From contig JABLTJ010000001.1 of NCBI GenBank assembly GCA_013166775.1, forward strand, positions 96,001-160,000: a stretch of 64,000 nucleotides of DNA, read 5' to 3'. Source of the DNA: Promethearchaeati archaeon (GTDB lineage Archaea; Asgardarchaeota; Heimdallarchaeia; Heimdallarchaeales; Heimdallarchaeaceae). Below, in pieces: positions 21,352 through 30,733 of the stretch (position 1 is the first letter of the stretch; each line of letters starts with the position of its first letter). The translations under genes and the position numbers were made by a program. The notes below the pieces were generated by a model. That model saw only the letters and a program-made list of their open reading frames with translations, was not told the origin of the DNA and searched no databases.

Positions 21352-22491
21352 TTAATTCATCTCTTGTATTTTTGTAACAATAGCATCTGCCATTTCTGTG
21401 GTTGTTGAAGAACCACCCATATCATACGTACGAACTTTACCTTCTACTATAACAGCTGCAATTGCATCTTCAACTTTCATGGCCATCTCTTTTTCTCCAA
21501 GCCAATCTAACATCATTTTTGCTGACAGAATCTGTGCTATAGGATTGACTTTATTCATACCTATATATTTAGGAGCTGAGCCATGACTGGGTTCAAATAC
21601 AGCAAAATTATCGCCTATATTACCAGAACATGCAAAACCTAGACCCCCAACTAATTGAGCACACAGATCAGAAACAATATCTCCAAACATATTGGATGCA
21701 ACTAAAATACCATAATTTTGTGGATTCTTGATCAACCACATACACATTGCATCTATATTTGTTTCCCAAAGTTCTTTTCCTGAGTACTCTTTGATTAACT
21801 TGCGAGCTTCACGTATCATCATTCCGCTTGTTTCTCTGATGACATTTGGTTTTTCAACAACAGTAACTGTGGGATAATCAAACTCTTTAGCATAATCCAT
21901 GCTAGCCTTAAGAATTCTTCTTACACCTTTTCTGGTGAAAATTCGAGTAGAAATAGCAATATCATCTAGGTTTACCTCTGCAAAGCGAGTTGCTTTTGGA
22001 TGATTATCAACTAAAGTTTTCATCACATCTTCAGGAACTGGGTGGAATTCTATACCAACATATAAACCCTCCGTGTTTTCACGGAAAACTACAAGATCTA
22101 AGTCATCTCTAAAGTTTAGAGGATTACCGGGATAAGCTTTACATGGACGTAAATTGATATACAAATCGAACAATTGTCTTAGTTTTACAATTGGACTGGA
22201 ATAAACTAATCCTTTTCCTTGTAATTCAGGAGCTAACTCTTTTTGTGCTTCTTCTTTAGGTTTTGATGTAATGGCAGAAAATAGACAACAATCAGACTGT
22301 TTTAGCAATTCAATCGTTCTATCAGGTAATGGATTACCTTCTGTTTTCCAGAATACCCAACCTATATCCCCCCATGTATAGTTAGCTAGTTCACTAAATC
22401 CAACAGCATCAAGAACTTTCATTGCTGCATTCGTTACATCTTTTCCTATCCCATCTCCTGGGAGAACTGCAATTTTGTATTTTTTACTCAT
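21352..22491 (-). CDS. Isocitrate/isopropylmalate-family beta-decarboxylating dehydrogenase
   Basis: LPGDGIG, RENTEGLY, K.NV, NMFGDIVSD, FEPSHGSAP. Confidence 0.9.
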   Translation of the reverse strand: MSKKYKIAVLPGDGIGKDVTNAAMKVLDAVGFSELANYTWGDIGWVFWKTEGNPLPDRTIELLKQSDCCLFSAITSKPKEEAQKELAPELQGKGLVYSSPIVKLRQLFDLYINLRPCKAYPGNPLNFRDDLDLVVFRENTEGLYVGIEFHPVPEDVMKTLVDNHPKATRFAEVNLDDIAISTRIFTRKGVRRILKASMDYAKEFDYPTVTVVEKPNVIRETSGMMIREARKLIKEYSGKELWETNIDAMCMWLIKNPQNYGILVASNMFGDIVSDLCAQLVGGLGFACSGNIGDNFAVFEPSHGSAPKYIGMNKVNPIAQILSAKMMLDWLGEKEMAMKVEDAIAAVIVEGKVRTYDMGGSSTTTEMADAIVTKIQEMN

Positions 22492-22505
22492 AATCTACAC
22501 TTTTG

Positions 22506-23069
22506 TTATTTGTTTTCAAATATTTGTTTAACTGGAGCAAAACAAAGAAAATCACAACGATGAATAATTTCTACTTCTGTTAATCTGGGAATTTTATCTC
22601 CTTCCTTACTATGAAAAACTATAGCCTGGCGTACAATAAGAGGCAAATCAAATTCGTAAACTAATTCCAATCCCATTGCAGGATGACGAATGTATTTTCC
22701 ATCCTTAGTTTGAATGATTTTTCCTGTTTTATCTCTTTCATACTCGATGAATTTACCAACATCATGTAGTAACCCACCTGCAATTAACTCATCCTTGTTT
22801 AATTTATCTCCAATTCCGAGCATCTCATATCTCTCATATGTAGCTATACACATTTGTGTAACTGCACGAATATGCTTGATAATAGATATTTTTGGAATTG
22901 AATTTTTCCCAATTAATTCAGGAATTAATAATGTGAAAGGAATCAGATGAAGATCTTCTTCATTCCACCCCCCTATATTAATTGCTTTTTCAAGAGCTTT
23001 AATCACTTTGTTTTTCAGTTCTTCATTTCCTATTTCTTCTATTTCAGGAAAGAGTTTTTTTATTTCCAT
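22506..23069 (-). CDS. HD-domain phosphohydrolase
   Basis: H...V, LLHDVGK, RH, FH, IIH..D. Confidence 0.8.
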   Translation of the reverse strand: MEIKKLFPEIEEIGNEELKNKVIKALEKAINIGGWNEEDLHLIPFTLLIPELIGKNSIPKISIIKHIRAVTQMCIATYERYEMLGIGDKLNKDELIAGGLLHDVGKFIEYERDKTGKIIQTKDGKYIRHPAMGLELVYEFDLPLIVRQAIVFHSKEGDKIPRLTEVEIIHRCDFLCFAPVKQIFENK

Positions 23070-23208
23070 TCAAATGACCTTTTTATCGCTGTATTAGATA
23101 TTTATACCATTAATTATCATTTTCGATAATACTCATAGAATTTGTTATTGTAGAGTAATTAAAATTTTTGTTAGTATCTTCATTTCCAATTAATTAGTTT
23201 CTTATAAA

Positions 23209-23613
23209 TTAACTATCTATGTAACCAAATAAAGCTAGTTTATTCTTTCCATGTAATGCGATGACTGCAATACCCTTTTCTCTAAGTTTTAATCGTAATT
23301 CCGAATCATTAGTAGCTACAATTGAATTGTTTTCAATAGCTAGTCTTTCAATTTCATCATCAGCTAGTCCTTCTATATTGGATTCAAGAATTCTATATTT
23401 ATTTACCAGTTCTAAAGCAAGTTTTGCTTTTTTTTGAGTAGAAGGAGGGGCATCCAACATGATTTTCTCTAGTTCACAAACAACAATTTTTGGGACAACT
23501 ATTTCAAAAGAAATGGGCAGTATTCTTTCCAACTCGAGAGAAATATTAATTTTCTTTTCTAAAGGTAACATTAGCATGCTAGAATCAAGTATAACTAACA
23601 TGAAAAACCTCAT
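23209..23613 (-). CDS. PIN-domain protein (Fcf1/Utp24-like)
   Basis: ILDSS, EL, ADD, VATND..L; conserved position after aIF2-gamma. Confidence 0.85.
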   Translation of the reverse strand: MRFFMLVILDSSMLMLPLEKKINISLELERILPISFEIVVPKIVVCELEKIMLDAPPSTQKKAKLALELVNKYRILESNIEGLADDEIERLAIENNSIVATNDSELRLKLREKGIAVIALHGKNKLALFGYIDS

Positions 23614-23614
23614 T

Positions 23615-24928
23615 TTAATTTTCTAAGATTTTCCCTACTCCTATTAAACGAAATCTACCTGCAATTTTCCTGGATATAGCTATTTTGCTATTTGTAGGTG
23701 CTGCTACTTCTCGATTTAGTCTAATCTTTGCCTTTCCCCCTCTGATCTCTGTAATGACTCCTGCTGTTTTAGCAGTACCAACATTCAACATTAATGTCTC
23801 CCCTTGAGCTAAAGGTTGAACCTTTGTTATCTCTTCTGAACCTACAACATGTTCCATTAGATGAATAGAGAGTTCAAGATTGGTTCTGATAGGTGGTGAA
23901 TTTCCTGGTGTTGTAATAATATTTCCTGCCATTTTATCTGCCTTAACTAACGAAGGATCTAATTCTGTTCCTAGTGCTACTAATCCTCCAGAATGAGCAC
24001 TCTTTACAAGTCCTTGTTCACCTATAGATATACTAACAGCTTGTGTTGTAATTGGTGAATAAATTGTTTTATTTCCTTTCTTTATAGAGATGCCTGGAAC
24101 AATTTCAATTTCATCTCCTACCTTTATTTGCCCTCTTATGATTGTACCACCCAATGCTCCTCCTTTCAACTTCTCAGGTTTTGTACCTGGTCTGTTTATA
24201 TCAAAAGATCTAGCAACATGCATTTCTAAAGGACTCTCTTTATCAAAATCAGGTGTTGGGATGTGTTTTTCTATCTCACAAATTAAAACATCTAAATTAG
24301 CTTTATGCATTGCACTAATAGGTACAATGGGTGCATTTTCTGCAATAGTACCTTTTATGAACTCCTGGATTTCTTTATAATTTCTTTTAGCTTCCTCTTC
24401 TGTTACAAGCTCAATCTTGTTCTGAACAATTACTATATTAGGGATTTTCAGAATCTCCATTGCTGCAAGATGTTCTCTTGTTTGTGGTTGAGGACATCTA
24501 GAATTAGCTGCGACTAGAAGTATTGCACCATTCATTAAAGTTGCACCAGAGAGAAGAGTTGCCATTAAAATTTCGTGTCCTGGACAATCAACAAATGAAA
24601 CCCTCCTAAGATATTCAGAAGGTGTGCCACATTTTGGACATGTTTCCTCTATAGTGTATGCTTCAGGTTCTGGACATTTTGGACATTTGCGGAATTCAGT
24701 GTCAGCATATCCAAGTCTGATAGAAATTCCTCTTTTTAATTCCTCGGAATGATCATCAGGAAACTTTCCTGTGAGAGCCTGAACTAATGTTGATTTTCCA
24801 TTATCAACATGTCCGATTGTTCCAATATTAACAACTGGTTGACGTATTTTCTTATCTTCTGTAATTTCTTTACTTTTTTTGGTTGAAGATGTTTTCTCCT
24901 CATCTACAGAGGATGTTTTTTCACTCAT
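23615..24928 (-). CDS. eif2g: Translation initiation factor 2 subunit gamma
   Basis: NIGTIGHVDNGKS, RGISIRLGY, zinc knuckle, DCPGHE, PQPQTREH, ARSFDINRPG. Confidence 0.95.
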   Translation of the reverse strand: MSEKTSSVDEEKTSSTKKSKEITEDKKIRQPVVNIGTIGHVDNGKSTLVQALTGKFPDDHSEELKRGISIRLGYADTEFRKCPKCPEPEAYTIEETCPKCGTPSEYLRRVSFVDCPGHEILMATLLSGATLMNGAILLVAANSRCPQPQTREHLAAMEILKIPNIVIVQNKIELVTEEEAKRNYKEIQEFIKGTIAENAPIVPISAMHKANLDVLICEIEKHIPTPDFDKESPLEMHVARSFDINRPGTKPEKLKGGALGGTIIRGQIKVGDEIEIVPGISIKKGNKTIYSPITTQAVSISIGEQGLVKSAHSGGLVALGTELDPSLVKADKMAGNIITTPGNSPPIRTNLELSIHLMEHVVGSEEITKVQPLAQGETLMLNVGTAKTAGVITEIRGGKAKIRLNREVAAPTNSKIAISRKIAGRFRLIGVGKILEN

Positions 24929-25185
24929 TATCTCTCATCTACGAATAATAATACTGACTATGTAAGTGTTCTTACTATGTGGTTTTTAAGTTTCTTTATT
25001 AATAATAATTTTGTAATTTTTCATTTCTCAATAATTTTGTGTTCAGCTGATTCACTAAATATTGTAAAATTGAAAGTGATGAAATTGCTTCTATCTCTAA
25101 AAAATAGAGAAAATATTTGCTATAAGTATGTTTAAAAATAATAGGACAGAACCAGCAATGTAGAAATTTGTGAGATGATATCATC

Positions 25186-25761
25186 GTGTATTATACAGTA
25201 AAAGTTAGGGATACATTACGAGTTCCACCCAATAAATTTGATGAAAATCTTTCCCAAGTTCTCGCAGAAATTGCTAGAGAGAGTTTCGAAGGGAAGATTG
25301 ATCCAGATTTAGGTTTCATTGTTGCTGTTACTGAAATTAATAAAATCTATCAGGGTAAATTAATATCAGGTGATGGTGGAGCATATTATGAAACCGATTT
25401 TGAATTATTATGTTATCTTCCTGAAATAGGTGAAGTAGTAACAGGAGAAGTTGTGGAATGTGTTGATTTTGGTGCTTTTATTAGAATAGGAACAATAGAC
25501 GCACTCTGTCACGTTTCTCAAATAGCAGATGATTATTTCAGATACATCCCTAAGAATGCTGTTTTAAGAGGAGATAAATCAAAACGAGATTTACTTGTGA
25601 ATACACGAGTTCGTGCAAGAGTAATTGCAGTTAGTATCGGTAAATCTGCAATAAGAGTAGGTTTAACCATGCGTCAGAATTCTTTGGGTGCTTTTGATTG
25701 GATAGATGAATGGAAAGATAATCTTAAGAAATCTGACTCTTCAGCGAAGGAGGCATCCTAA
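25186..25761 (+). CDS. rpo7: RNA polymerase subunit Rpo7 (E')
   Basis: RVPP..F, GDGGAY, S1 domain FGAFIRIG..DAL.HVSQI, GLTMRQ..LG. Confidence 0.93.
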   Translation: MYYTVKVRDTLRVPPNKFDENLSQVLAEIARESFEGKIDPDLGFIVAVTEINKIYQGKLISGDGGAYYETDFELLCYLPEIGEVVTGEVVECVDFGAFIRIGTIDALCHVSQIADDYFRYIPKNAVLRGDKSKRDLLVNTRVRARVIAVSIGKSAIRVGLTMRQNSLGAFDWIDEWKDNLKKSDSSAKEAS

Positions 25762-25949
25762 TGTCGAAAGCTTGTAGAATTTGTCATCTTATAGTTGAGA
25801 AAACTGCTAATATGTGCCCAAGCTGCAAAACACAAGATTTATCTTCTGAATATACTGGCGAAGTTTTCATTTTAAATCCAGAAATTAGCGATGTAGCAAA
25901 AAGGATGAAAATAAGCAAAAAGGGTCATTATGCTTTACGCGTTCGGTGA
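25761..25949 (+). CDS. spt4: Transcription elongation factor Spt4 (RpoE'')
   Basis: ACRICH, CPSC, S.VAK.M.I...G.YALRVR. Confidence 0.92.
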   Translation: MSKACRICHLIVEKTANMCPSCKTQDLSSEYTGEVFILNPEISDVAKRMKISKKGHYALRVR

Positions 25950-26497
25950 AAAATTTGGATTTTGAGGGTAATAAAGATTATTTTCTGCCTGAAGATCAAA
26001 GAAAATACTTCAAAAAACCTTTAGATGAACTTTTTTGTGAAAAAAAAGATATTAATAGAATTATTAATCAAATATCCAACGATGAATCGATTCCAAAAAT
26101 TATCTCTGTAGGTGATGTTGTTACTCAAACTTTTCTAATCAACTCAATTATTCCAGATATAGCAATAATTGACGAAAAAGTCCAGAGAAAAAAAATAAAG
26201 AAACAAGATTATTCTCTTTTCGAGCAAGAAGTAGTGGAGAATCCCCCGGGATCGATTACGCAAGCTGCCTGGAATAAAATTCGTTCTGCAATAAAAAAGG
26301 ATGATAACAAAATCATTATAAAAATAACGGGAGAAGAGGATTTGCTGGTACTCCCAGTGATAATAGAAGCACCTTACAATTCAAAAGTCTTATATGGACA
26401 ACCTAATGAAGGTGTAGTATTAGTAACGGTCACTAAAAAAATGAAGCAAAAAGCAAGACAACTATTACTTAGAATGGTGAAAGTTGATGAAAATTGA
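25946..26497 (+). CDS. GTP-dependent dephospho-CoA kinase (DUF359 family)
   Basis: VGDVVT, NPPGSI, GEEDLL.LP, YGQPNEG. Confidence 0.88.
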   Translation: MKNLDFEGNKDYFLPEDQRKYFKKPLDELFCEKKDINRIINQISNDESIPKIISVGDVVTQTFLINSIIPDIAIIDEKVQRKKIKKQDYSLFEQEVVENPPGSITQAAWNKIRSAIKKDDNKIIIKITGEEDLLVLPVIIEAPYNSKVLYGQPNEGVVLVTVTKKMKQKARQLLLRMVKVDEN

Positions 26498-26786
26498 TAT
26501 AGTCAAGAAAACTGAAAATAAGCTACTGGAAAGAACAGAAATTGAAGTTCAAGTAGAACACCATGGGGAAGCTGTTCCAAAACGAGATGATTTTCTAAAT
26601 AGAATATCGGCTTTATTGAATAAAGAAAGAAATCAAGTAGTTTTGATTAAATTAGAAGCAAAATATGGTATGGGTGTAAGTACCGCTCTAGTTCATGCTT
26701 ATGAAAGTGCTGAAAGGGCAAAAGCTGTTGAAAGAGAATATTTACTTAAACGATCTGGGATAGGGAAGGAAGAAAAACAGGAGTAA
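26487..26786 (+). CDS. rps24e: 30S ribosomal protein S24e
   Basis: NKLLER.E, H.G..P.R, YG.G, E.EY.L.R; conserved operon position. Confidence 0.9.
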   Translation: MKIDIVKKTENKLLERTEIEVQVEHHGEAVPKRDDFLNRISALLNKERNQVVLIKLEAKYGMGVSTALVHAYESAERAKAVEREYLLKRSGIGKEEKQE

Positions 26787-26798
26787 TTTGGTGAGAAA

Positions 26799-26969
26799 AT
26801 GAGTTCTGTACATAAAAGATACGAAATCAAGGATGGAAAGATTGTGAGAAAAAAGAAGGTGTGCGAACGTTGTGGAGATTCAGTATATATGGCTGAACAC
26901 AAAGATCGCCGAACTTGTGGTAAATGTGGTTTTACTACATATGAAAGAGGACGAAAAGCATCAACTTAG
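26799..26969 (+). CDS. rps27ae: 30S ribosomal protein S27ae (eS31); absent from the ORF track; not ubiquitin-fused
   Basis: Translated by hand: MSSVHKRYEIKDGKIVRKKKVCERCGDSVYMAEHKDRRTCGKCGFTTYERGRKAST*; GGTGAG RBS. Confidence 0.93.
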   Translation: MSSVHKRYEIKDGKIVRKKKVCERCGDSVYMAEHKDRRTCGKCGFTTYERGRKAST

Positions 26970-27024
26970 TTTTTTAATTTCTCACAATAGAAAAATTTAA
27001 CTTATTGTTAACGATTTCTCTTTT

Positions 27025-27090
27025 GGCGAATGACTGATTGAGACGGCTTAGATGTGTCAACACATAGGATAGAAAACCTAATAGGACGCC
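27025..27090 (+). ncRNA. Candidate double-K-turn (atypical box C/D-like) small RNA
   Basis: Terminal GGCG/CGCC stem, 3-nt bulge and GA/GA pairs; internal TAGA-tgtg(tcaa)caca-tag-GATA second K-turn; TATA-like AAAATTTAA ~25 nt upstream. Confidence 0.45.
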
Positions 27091-27167
27091 GATTAATCTG
27101 AAAAAATTATCACAAATATTAAATGCATCTCTTTTATTTAATAATTAGAATAAAGGAGCTATAACAA

Positions 27168-27677
27168 ATGAAAACTCTTGAAATAAAAATACCAGAAGGC
27201 CTTTTAGATTATCTCCAAAGACTAGTTGACGAAGATAATTTTGAATCTGTAGAAGCTTTTATTTCACATGCTTCTTATTGGTTAGCTGAATTATATGGGT
27301 TTGGAGAAAAAACTGAGGGAAAAAGCTTAAGTGATTTGATAGCAGAACAAATAATTTCAAAAACAGGGAAAGTAGAAAAAGTTGCTCCTAAGGCAGAGGC
27401 ACAGGTTGCTCCCAAGGCAAAGCCACAAGCTGCTCCTAAAGCAAAAGTGATAGACCACGACATACCTAACCACGATATAATTTTAGAGTCTTTCGGATCT
27501 GCAAAATTCATGTACGAAGATGCTATTTTTGCTTCATGTCAATTTGCAACATTAAAACAAGGAAACCCTCCTTTATCGAAGGAAGAATTTATCAAAAACT
27601 TGGAAAAGATGGAAGAAGCTGGGATTCTGACTCAAATTAAACAGGCAGAAAAAACTATGTGGAAGAAACTTGAGTAG
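27168..27677 (+). CDS. Ribbon-helix-helix-like N-terminus, APKA-repeat linker, winged-helix-like C-terminus
   Basis: MKTLEIKIPE..L..L..LV....F.S...FI RHH pattern; GGAG RBS. Confidence 0.6.
   Translation: MKTLEIKIPEGLLDYLQRLVDEDNFESVEAFISHASYWLAELYGFGEKTEGKSLSDLIAEQIISKTGKVEKVAPKAEAQVAPKAKPQAAPKAKVIDHDIPNHDIILESFGSAKFMYEDAIFASCQFATLKQGNPPLSKEEFIKNLEKMEEAGILTQIKQAEKTMWKKLE
27381..27447 (+). repeat. Degenerate 24-nt in-frame tandem repeat (about three units), encoding (V/A)APKA-x3
   Basis: gttgctcctaaggcagaggcacag / gttgctcccaaggcaaagccacaa / gctgctcctaaagcaaaag. Confidence 0.75.
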
Positions 27678-27704
27678 AATCCTTTTTAATAAATTTCTTT
27701 TCCG

Positions 27705-28391
27705 TCAATTATTTTCCGAAAGAGCTTTTGCCATTTCAAATAAAACTTCTTGCGGTTCTTTTGATTTAACAAATCCAGAAGCTAATAATACTCCTCTCGA
27801 ACCAAGTTTTATGGCTTCTGAAACATCTTTTGCTGTTGAAACACCAGCACCAACTAGAGGTTTTACATTTGGATTCATCTCAAGTATAGCTGTTATTGTT
27901 TTTTCTACTAATTCTGGTTTAGTTGTGACAGATACTCCACTTCCAATTAATTCTGGAGGTTCCATTGCGCAAGCTTCTGGTGATAGCGCTGCTGCAGCTC
28001 GACTAGCTTGAAGATTGTTTGAGCAGACACAAGTCATGAAATCTAGATTCTTTGCACGACTAATTATTCCTTCGATTTTATCCAAGGTTAATCTATGCTC
28101 TGAATGATTAACAAGTGTTCCTGAAGCTCCGCTTTCGATAATAGCTTCAATCAAGTTGTTCCCTGTGAAGCTACCAGGCTCATTAGCATCAACATGTTGA
28201 GAAAAAACAGGTATATCTACAGATTCCGATATTAATCTAATATCTGTAGTATGAGGACATACTATAATTTCTGTACTAGTTTCTATTGCGACTTTCTCAG
28301 CAATTTTTGCTAAGTTTAAACCATTTTCTCCTAACGATTGAATATAGTTTTTGAAGTTTAGAATGATTACGGGGAAGATTATTTTTTCCAT
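27705..28391 (-). CDS. tpiA: Triosephosphate isomerase (archaeal type)
   Basis: NFKNY, QHVD, NHSE, EPPELIG, GAGV, LLASG; start more likely ATG at 28391 than at 28481. Confidence 0.93.
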   Translation of the reverse strand: MEKIIFPVIILNFKNYIQSLGENGLNLAKIAEKVAIETSTEIIVCPHTTDIRLISESVDIPVFSQHVDANEPGSFTGNNLIEAIIESGASGTLVNHSEHRLTLDKIEGIISRAKNLDFMTCVCSNNLQASRAAAALSPEACAMEPPELIGSGVSVTTKPELVEKTITAILEMNPNVKPLVGAGVSTAKDVSEAIKLGSRGVLLASGFVKSKEPQEVLFEMAKALSENN

Positions 28392-28512
28392 AAGAACAAA
28401 TAAATTGATGCAATTTAAAAAAGTTCCTTGCAACGGAAAGATCCATATACCAATGTTGAAATCTTTAAATAGTGTAAGCACAAATTAGACTTATAGAAAA
28501 TCCAAATCGTAC

Positions 28513-29034
28513 TTGGTGATTTGTTTGTATGGTGCTGACCAGATAAATACAATTCTACATGAAATTATTACAAGTGATGCTAATATCAATCATGTTATAT
28601 TAGCAGATAAAACAGGATTAACACTAGCTTATTCTTCTCGATTTGCTTTCGATGAATTCGAGACAGAAGCATTAGGAGCTATCGCTAGTGCAGTATATTT
28701 AGCTAGTGAACAGCAAGGTCAAAACGTTGGGCTAGCAGAACTAGATATAATCATATCTGAGTTTCAGGATGGGTTAATATTAGTTGCAAGCTGTGGTAGT
28801 ACAGTATTATGTCTTATTACTGATACTGGAGTTGCACTAGGAATGGTAAGAAGAACCATGAAAATTGCCGCAGAAAAAATAAGGAATATATTGGATGTTG
28901 AAGCTAAACCTGTACCTCCTCCAGAAGTTCAACCAATACCTGCACAACAACCTGTTGTAGTTGAAGAAAAGAAAGTACAGGACGAGTTTATCTCCGATCT
29001 AGAGCTTGCATTACGCGAACTAGAACAATTTTAA
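28513..29034 (+). CDS. Roadblock/LC7 (MglB-like) domain protein with a Pro-rich linker and C-terminal helix
   Basis: VILADKTGL.LA, EALGAIASA, IISEF..G.ILV, LG.VR..MK. Confidence 0.8.
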   Translation: MVICLYGADQINTILHEIITSDANINHVILADKTGLTLAYSSRFAFDEFETEALGAIASAVYLASEQQGQNVGLAELDIIISEFQDGLILVASCGSTVLCLITDTGVALGMVRRTMKIAAEKIRNILDVEAKPVPPPEVQPIPAQQPVVVEEKKVQDEFISDLELALRELEQF

Positions 29035-29059
29035 AGAATCATTTACTATTGAGGAATGT

Positions 29060-29896
29060 TTGATGGATTCAAATGCTCAAAAAGGAGGAGTTGAAAGAGT
29101 AGGGAAAAAGGAACCTATCGTTGATTTAAGGGGAGAACTAATTTTAACAGGCATAAGATCTCTTGATCTTAAACTCGGTATGGAGCTATCGAATCGAAAA
29201 GGAATACCAAAAGGCTCCCTGATTTTAGTAAGTTATCCTTCTGATACAGTGATACCAACTCTTTTCGTGCAAAGAATTTTATTAAATTGGGCCCAAAAAT
29301 CTGATGATAATGTCATTTTTTATGTACATAGTGGGAGACCTTACAGTCATGTTTTACGATCTTTTCAAGCATATGAATGGGACGTTAAACCTTTTGAAGG
29401 TAAAAACTGGTATTTTGAAAATATGTTTGACTTATCAAGTTCTGCAATGGTTTCAGCACTCAAATTAGGAAAGATTGAAGTTCGACGCAAAACATATGTA
29501 AAAAAAGTAATTGAAAGAATGCTTCATGTAAAAGAGAACCAAAACAAGAAATGTTTCAGTGTTTTTGATGATCTCTTATGGATGAAAGAAGATCGATTAG
29601 ACGAAGATTCTAATACACTTATAACTTTTCTAAAAGACGCAATAATGTCTTTTAATCAAATAGAGGGTGTGCACTTCTTCTTATTACCTCAGGGGGTACT
29701 TGAACCAGTAGCGGAAAGAATAATCATGAATGCAGCACAAGGAATTTTCTACTTTTCGAGAAGTACAGTAGGAAGCAGAATAAGAGATAATTTTGCAATA
29801 ACAAAACTGATGGGGGTAGCATACATTAGTGAAAACTTGGAGATAACTCCTTCAGAAGTAGAAGGGTTCAAAATAGAATCAACAGCAAAAATATAG
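29060..29896 (+). CDS. KaiC/RAD55-like RecA-fold protein with a degenerate Walker A
   Basis: TGIRSLD..L...GIPKGSLILV, then SYPSDTVIPT in place of GxxGxGKT; VFDD Walker B; ITKLMG, G.KIE. Confidence 0.7.
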   Translation: MMDSNAQKGGVERVGKKEPIVDLRGELILTGIRSLDLKLGMELSNRKGIPKGSLILVSYPSDTVIPTLFVQRILLNWAQKSDDNVIFYVHSGRPYSHVLRSFQAYEWDVKPFEGKNWYFENMFDLSSSAMVSALKLGKIEVRRKTYVKKVIERMLHVKENQNKKCFSVFDDLLWMKEDRLDEDSNTLITFLKDAIMSFNQIEGVHFFLLPQGVLEPVAERIIMNAAQGIFYFSRSTVGSRIRDNFAITKLMGVAYISENLEITPSEVEGFKIESTAKI

Positions 29897-30718
29897 TTGA
29901 TAACAATGGAAGAAAGAGAGGAGAAAGAAACAGAGGAACCAGAAGAATTTCAAGAAATTGCAGATGAGATATCAAAACTATCAGAAGAAGTAAAAGAAAT
30001 AAAAGACAATTTTAAATCTAGTCAAAAAGAAAGCAAGGGAATTTTTCAATCATCGAATAGGAAGAAAACATCAACACTAGAGTTATCACCAGCGCTTGAG
30101 TATGTTAACGAGTTATTGGAAAACTCATCTGAACAAATAATTTCGGAAATGAAGTCAGAATTTTTTAGATTATTTAATTTCCTATCGAGTATGATGTCGG
30201 TTTCGTCACAAAGAGATAGAACACTAGCAGAAGAAGTGAGAGAGTTTATGGAAACTCCAAGTGTGAAAACTTCGGAGGAAACAAGAGAAACAGGAGAAAC
30301 AGGAGAATGGGGGAGAGAAAAGGAGATGCTAAAACTCCTATTAGATGAGAGAGAATCACTAATTTACGAACTATCAGATCAATTAATAGCAATAGAAGCA
30401 GAAAACAAGAATCTGAAAGAGAAAATGGAAGAAATAAAAGTAGAAAGAAAATTATGGGAAAACCAAAAAGAAGTGTTCGAGAGATTAGTAACAACAGATC
30501 CAAGATTCAATATAATTACGTTGCTAAGAAGGATGGGAGTAATAGCACCAATACAACTGTCGTTTGTGCTAGGAGTATCATTATCACAAACAAGGAAGTA
30601 TATAATGGAACTAGAAAAAATGAGAATAGTGCAGGTAAATGAAGATGAAACAGTGGTGTTACATCAAGCATTTAATGAAGAAACAATGAATGTGAAAATA
30701 GAAAAAAAGGAAGAATAA
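29897..30718 (+). CDS. Coiled-coil protein with a C-terminal winged helix
   Basis: Heptad-rich region, then DPRFNII.LL...G.....LS..LGVS..QTRKY..ELEK..IV. Confidence 0.7.
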   Translation: MITMEEREEKETEEPEEFQEIADEISKLSEEVKEIKDNFKSSQKESKGIFQSSNRKKTSTLELSPALEYVNELLENSSEQIISEMKSEFFRLFNFLSSMMSVSSQRDRTLAEEVREFMETPSVKTSEETRETGETGEWGREKEMLKLLLDERESLIYELSDQLIAIEAENKNLKEKMEEIKVERKLWENQKEVFERLVTTDPRFNIITLLRRMGVIAPIQLSFVLGVSLSQTRKYIMELEKMRIVQVNEDETVVLHQAFNEETMNVKIEKKEE

Positions 30719-30733
30719 AAAGAAAAGAAAAGT

